64,000 nucleotides of DNA from Okamejei kenojei (Eukaryota): the NCBI GenBank assembly GCA_035221665.1, contig CM069169.1, forward strand, positions 17,484,001 to 17,548,000, in the 5' to 3' direction. The notes under the pieces were generated by a model, which was not told the DNA's origin, searched no databases, and saw only the letters and a list, made by a program, of their open reading frames with translations. Each line of letters opens with the position of its first letter. Position 1 is the stretch's first letter. The position numbers and the translations under genes are program-made. Shown here piece by piece: positions 60,664 to 64,000 of the stretch.

Positions 60664-60899
60664 GGGCTGGGAGCATCCGATCAGTTGAAGCAGGATTCCC
60701 CAGTGGGGGGCTATCCAACCTTAAGAGATAAATGGACAATCCAACTCTTTAGAAAAAGGCAGAATCCAGAATTGAATGAGGGAATATTGCCGTGAGTCTG
60801 CTCCTGCCTCACTCCTTGCCGGATTTATCGCTGGAAGCCTCAAACTGTTGCTACCAGGAGTCGGAGGAGTCAATGGATGAATGAGCCTTGCTGCTTTCC

Positions 60900-61045
60900 C
60901 TGTGCTCCTCAAGCTCGCACAGCAGATTAGCCTCTTACACTAAGTAGATGCCTATTTGTCAGTCTCTTAATCTTTACCGTCCATTGGAAAGATGCATCAA
61001 TCAGTCAGTCAGCAGACAAAGAATTTAAATGTTAAAGCCTCCTCT
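60900..61045 (-). promoter_or_regulatory. Candidate NR2E3 proximal photoreceptor promoter elements
   Basis: CRX/OTX-type CTAATCT (60924-60930, - strand) and TTAATCT (60967-60973); Maf/NRL half-site TGCTGACT (61007-61014, - strand). Confidence 0.45.
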
Positions 61046-63863
61046 GTCTCAGATGGATAAGTTTCAACTCAGTTGCAGTACTACGTGCCTTACTTTTAAA
61101 TATTGCACTGCATAAAAGTACTTATTATATCTCAATGCATCTTTTTTCTATAGACTGATGGCTAGATTATATGCGTCAGTTCTGAAGAGGTGAATTATAA
61201 TGTTTGCTAGCATTAGGCGAGCATTTCTCTGTGAGTTTATGCTCAATTTCCTGATGTACATCTGATAGCTCGGGGACATAATGGTGCAACCATTTGCTGG
61301 GGTGCTCAGGTGCCTGGTAGCTCTGCTTCTCCTTTTGAAAGGGGAGCAAGCATTTCAATTACACAACTAATTGAATTTCTAATCACTGAGTTTCACTTGC
61401 ACTATATTAATTTCATTCTCAGGCAGTGAGGGCAACCTATGAATTATGAACCAGGCAAGACATAAATGGCACCATTCTCTGCTCTCCTGAATAGAACTGC
61501 ACCAGGGGTTGATCTCTTGACAGCTGGATAGTAAGGATCAAGAATAGTCAAGAAGCCAATTGGGTTTTAAACTGCATCTTAAGTTAATATTATTAGTCGG
61601 TTGTACATTAAATTTTAATACATTTTTCAGAATTATTTAATGTGTGTCTCTTACATATCTGCCTCCATTGTGTCTCTATTTTCTATGGCTCCTTCTTTGC
61701 ATTTTTGTGTCCCTCCATGTCTTTATCAACTCTTCCTCAGTCTGTATTGTTCACACGCTGGTGTAGCAAAGAGCAAGGCACATTGTTTGTTGGCCTTTAT
61801 TGCAAAGAGATTGGAATGCAAAAGGTTGTACAGGGCTTCAGTCCGATACCATTTCACCTATTGTGTATGGAGTTCTAGTCCCTGTAAACAAAACATAGTG
61901 AATTCACTGGATTGAATGTTAGGACCGCCTTCAGGTGCACACTGTTCCTCTTCTGCTCCTTGTATCATGTTCGTATGATTTCTGAGATGGTAGAGTTTTG
62001 ATGAGGAGACATTGAGGAAGATTGAACTGTAGTCTCTGGAATTTAGAAGAAAGCCAGTATATCTAAAACAACATTGAAGATTCAAAGGACAAAGGACATT
62101 CATTGTCACACACACCAATTGGTGCAGTGAGATTTGAGTTACCATGCAGCCCACAAATAAGATAATACACTATAGAATTTAACATAGAACATAAAAACAT
62201 CCCCCCACAGCGGAATCAACAAAGTTCAGTCCCTCTTCCTCATGTTCACCCATGGTCGGGGCCTATTGAGGTCACCGCAGTCTCCGTAACGGCGGCCCGA
62301 TGTTTCAGGCCCTTGAACGGAAGAACACTCAGCGGCATGGAGTTCCCGAATCGGCCGCTTCAGAGGGGTCCTTAGGCTGCCTCTCACACATTTTCTGGAC
62401 ATAGATTCTACATTTCCCATCTTTTCATTGCCTGGCCTTTGCCTGACGGTGATGTTTTGGGTCGAGGCTCTTCTTTTCAGAGACCCGAAACATCGCTATT
62501 CCTGCTCTCCAGAGATGCCGCCTGATCCGCTGAGTTACTCCAGCTTTTTGTGTCTATCTTTGATTATCTGCAGTTCACTAAAGTATCTGCTTCAACCACC
62601 AATCCTGGCAATGCGTTCCAGGCACTCACCACCCTCTGTGTAAAAAAAATTCTTGACCCACTCATCTCCTTTAAACTTTGCCCATCTCACCTTAGTGGAG
62701 GAAAACAAACAAGGCCTCTTAGAGCACAAAAACAATTATCATGTGGATTAAGGCAGGCTGTACAGATGATCCTTTGCAGAGCCCTAGATTCACACCATAT
62801 GTTAACATCAGAGTAATTAGTTGAGTGAGGCCATTGACTTTGTTTTTTTCTCTGTTTTTCTTTCATAGTGGATTTAGCTTATTACAGACTTAAGTTCAGA
62901 TCAGGCTACTGTGTCACAGAAAGCAAGACTCTGATCAGTACCTACTTAGCGAATATTTGGCATTGCCCTGTTAATAAGAGATCATAAATATCTAATGTGA
63001 GATATTGTCAAGAAATCCTTTTTTAATTCATCTCTTGTTGCAATATTTTTAATCCCTTCTCAACCAAAGTTAATGACCTCTGCTACCACACATAGTTTCA
63101 CCTTGGGGTGCTGGCTCCTGTTGCGGAAGGTGAACTCTGCCGCTATGTAGTGGCTTTTGATGAAGACACTTTCTCTTTGAGATGACTACTGGGTAGATTC
63201 TTCCTTTGACAGTGGATGCACAAAAGACTGCAGACGTGGAGTCCTTGGCAACAAAGGATCTACTGGGGGAACTCAACGGGTCTGGCAGCACCGGTGGAGG
63301 GAATTGGACTGTCCAAACATTGCTTCCAGACATGCTGCCTGACCTGCTGAGTTACTCCAGCACTTTGTATTTTGTTCAAGTATCCAGCATCTGCAGTTCC
63401 TTGTTACTCCAGCTGATGTTTTGGGTTGGGACCCTTCACCTTGATTGAAAGAGTAGAGGGGAAGTTGCCAGGAAATTGAGGTGGGAGGGGAGGTTGGGAA
63501 GAAGCTAGCAAGCAATAGATGGCTATATCAGGAAGGGCAGATAACATTGAGGTCGGGGAGGGAAGGGTGAAGATAACGGTGGTGGAGGCTGGGAGGTGAT
63601 AGGTGGAGAGTAAAAGACAGAAGATTCTGGAATCTAATGGGAAAGAAAAGCGAAGGTTGAAATGAATGAGAAGGGGTGGTGGCAGAAGGGAAGAACAGAG
63701 GGATGGTAGGGGTGAAGGGGATCTGGTGGGAGACGTGTGTGGAAGGTGGAATAGATGGGGTAGATGGGGTAAGGAAGAGAAGAAACAGGGCAATGGGGAA
63801 CTGGGGGTGTGAGAGAACTAGGGTAGACAGGACGAGAGGGAAAGGGACAGAGGGATGTCCAGG

Positions 63864-64000
63864 CTCTGGAGTTTAGAAGGATGAGAGGGGATCTCATTGA
63901 AACATATATGATTGTTAAGGGTTTGGACACAGTAGAGGCAGGAAACATGTTGAGGGAGTCCAGAACCAAGGGCCACAGTTTAAGAATAAGGAGTAAGCCA
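63864..64000 (+). mobile_element. CR1-clade LINE fragment running off the window end
   Basis: SLEFRRMRGDLIETY..VKGLDTVEAGNM..ESRTKGHSLRI. Confidence 0.8.

Noticed and set aside
63430-63860. Purine-rich tract with Pro/Leu-rich - strand ORFs
   Set aside because: Best explained as the pyrimidine-rich spacer of a reverse-oriented Penelope-type end, not coding sequence.

Overview
Vertebrate genomic DNA. The repeat landscape (HE1-like V-SINEs, CR1/HER1-like LINE tails, Penelope-derived repeats) points to a cartilaginous fish, probably a skate or ray (inference). The + strand carries the 3' half of MYO9A: tail, C1 zinc finger, RhoGAP and C-terminal coiled-coil/EFMV exons from about 3.8 to 40.5 kb, then a roughly 2.7 kb 3'UTR. 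The - strand carries a complete 8-exon NR2E3 (photoreceptor nuclear receptor, 405 codons, 60611->48217), convergent with MYO9A as in human 15q23. Introns hold a dead Rex1-type LINE, a hAT MITE with 8-bp TSD, a Penelope GIY-YIG fragment and more than 20 short Penelope-derived inserts. Main observations: (1) the short Penelope-derived repeat carries a minimal hammerhead-ribozyme motif (CTGAAGA-A-GGGT/CTCG/ACCC-GAAA-CGTC), often in inverted dimers, and the best-preserved copies are antisense to host transcripts; (2) a candidate 18-nt in-frame MYO9A microexon plus a 54-nt cassette exon; (3) an unclassified element with two inverted-repeat pairs; (4) a uORF abutting the NR2E3 start codon and CRX/NRL motif clusters. 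Exon boundaries were read by eye and checked for phase continuity. Repeat boundaries are approximate, and family names come from recalled sequence features, not database searches.
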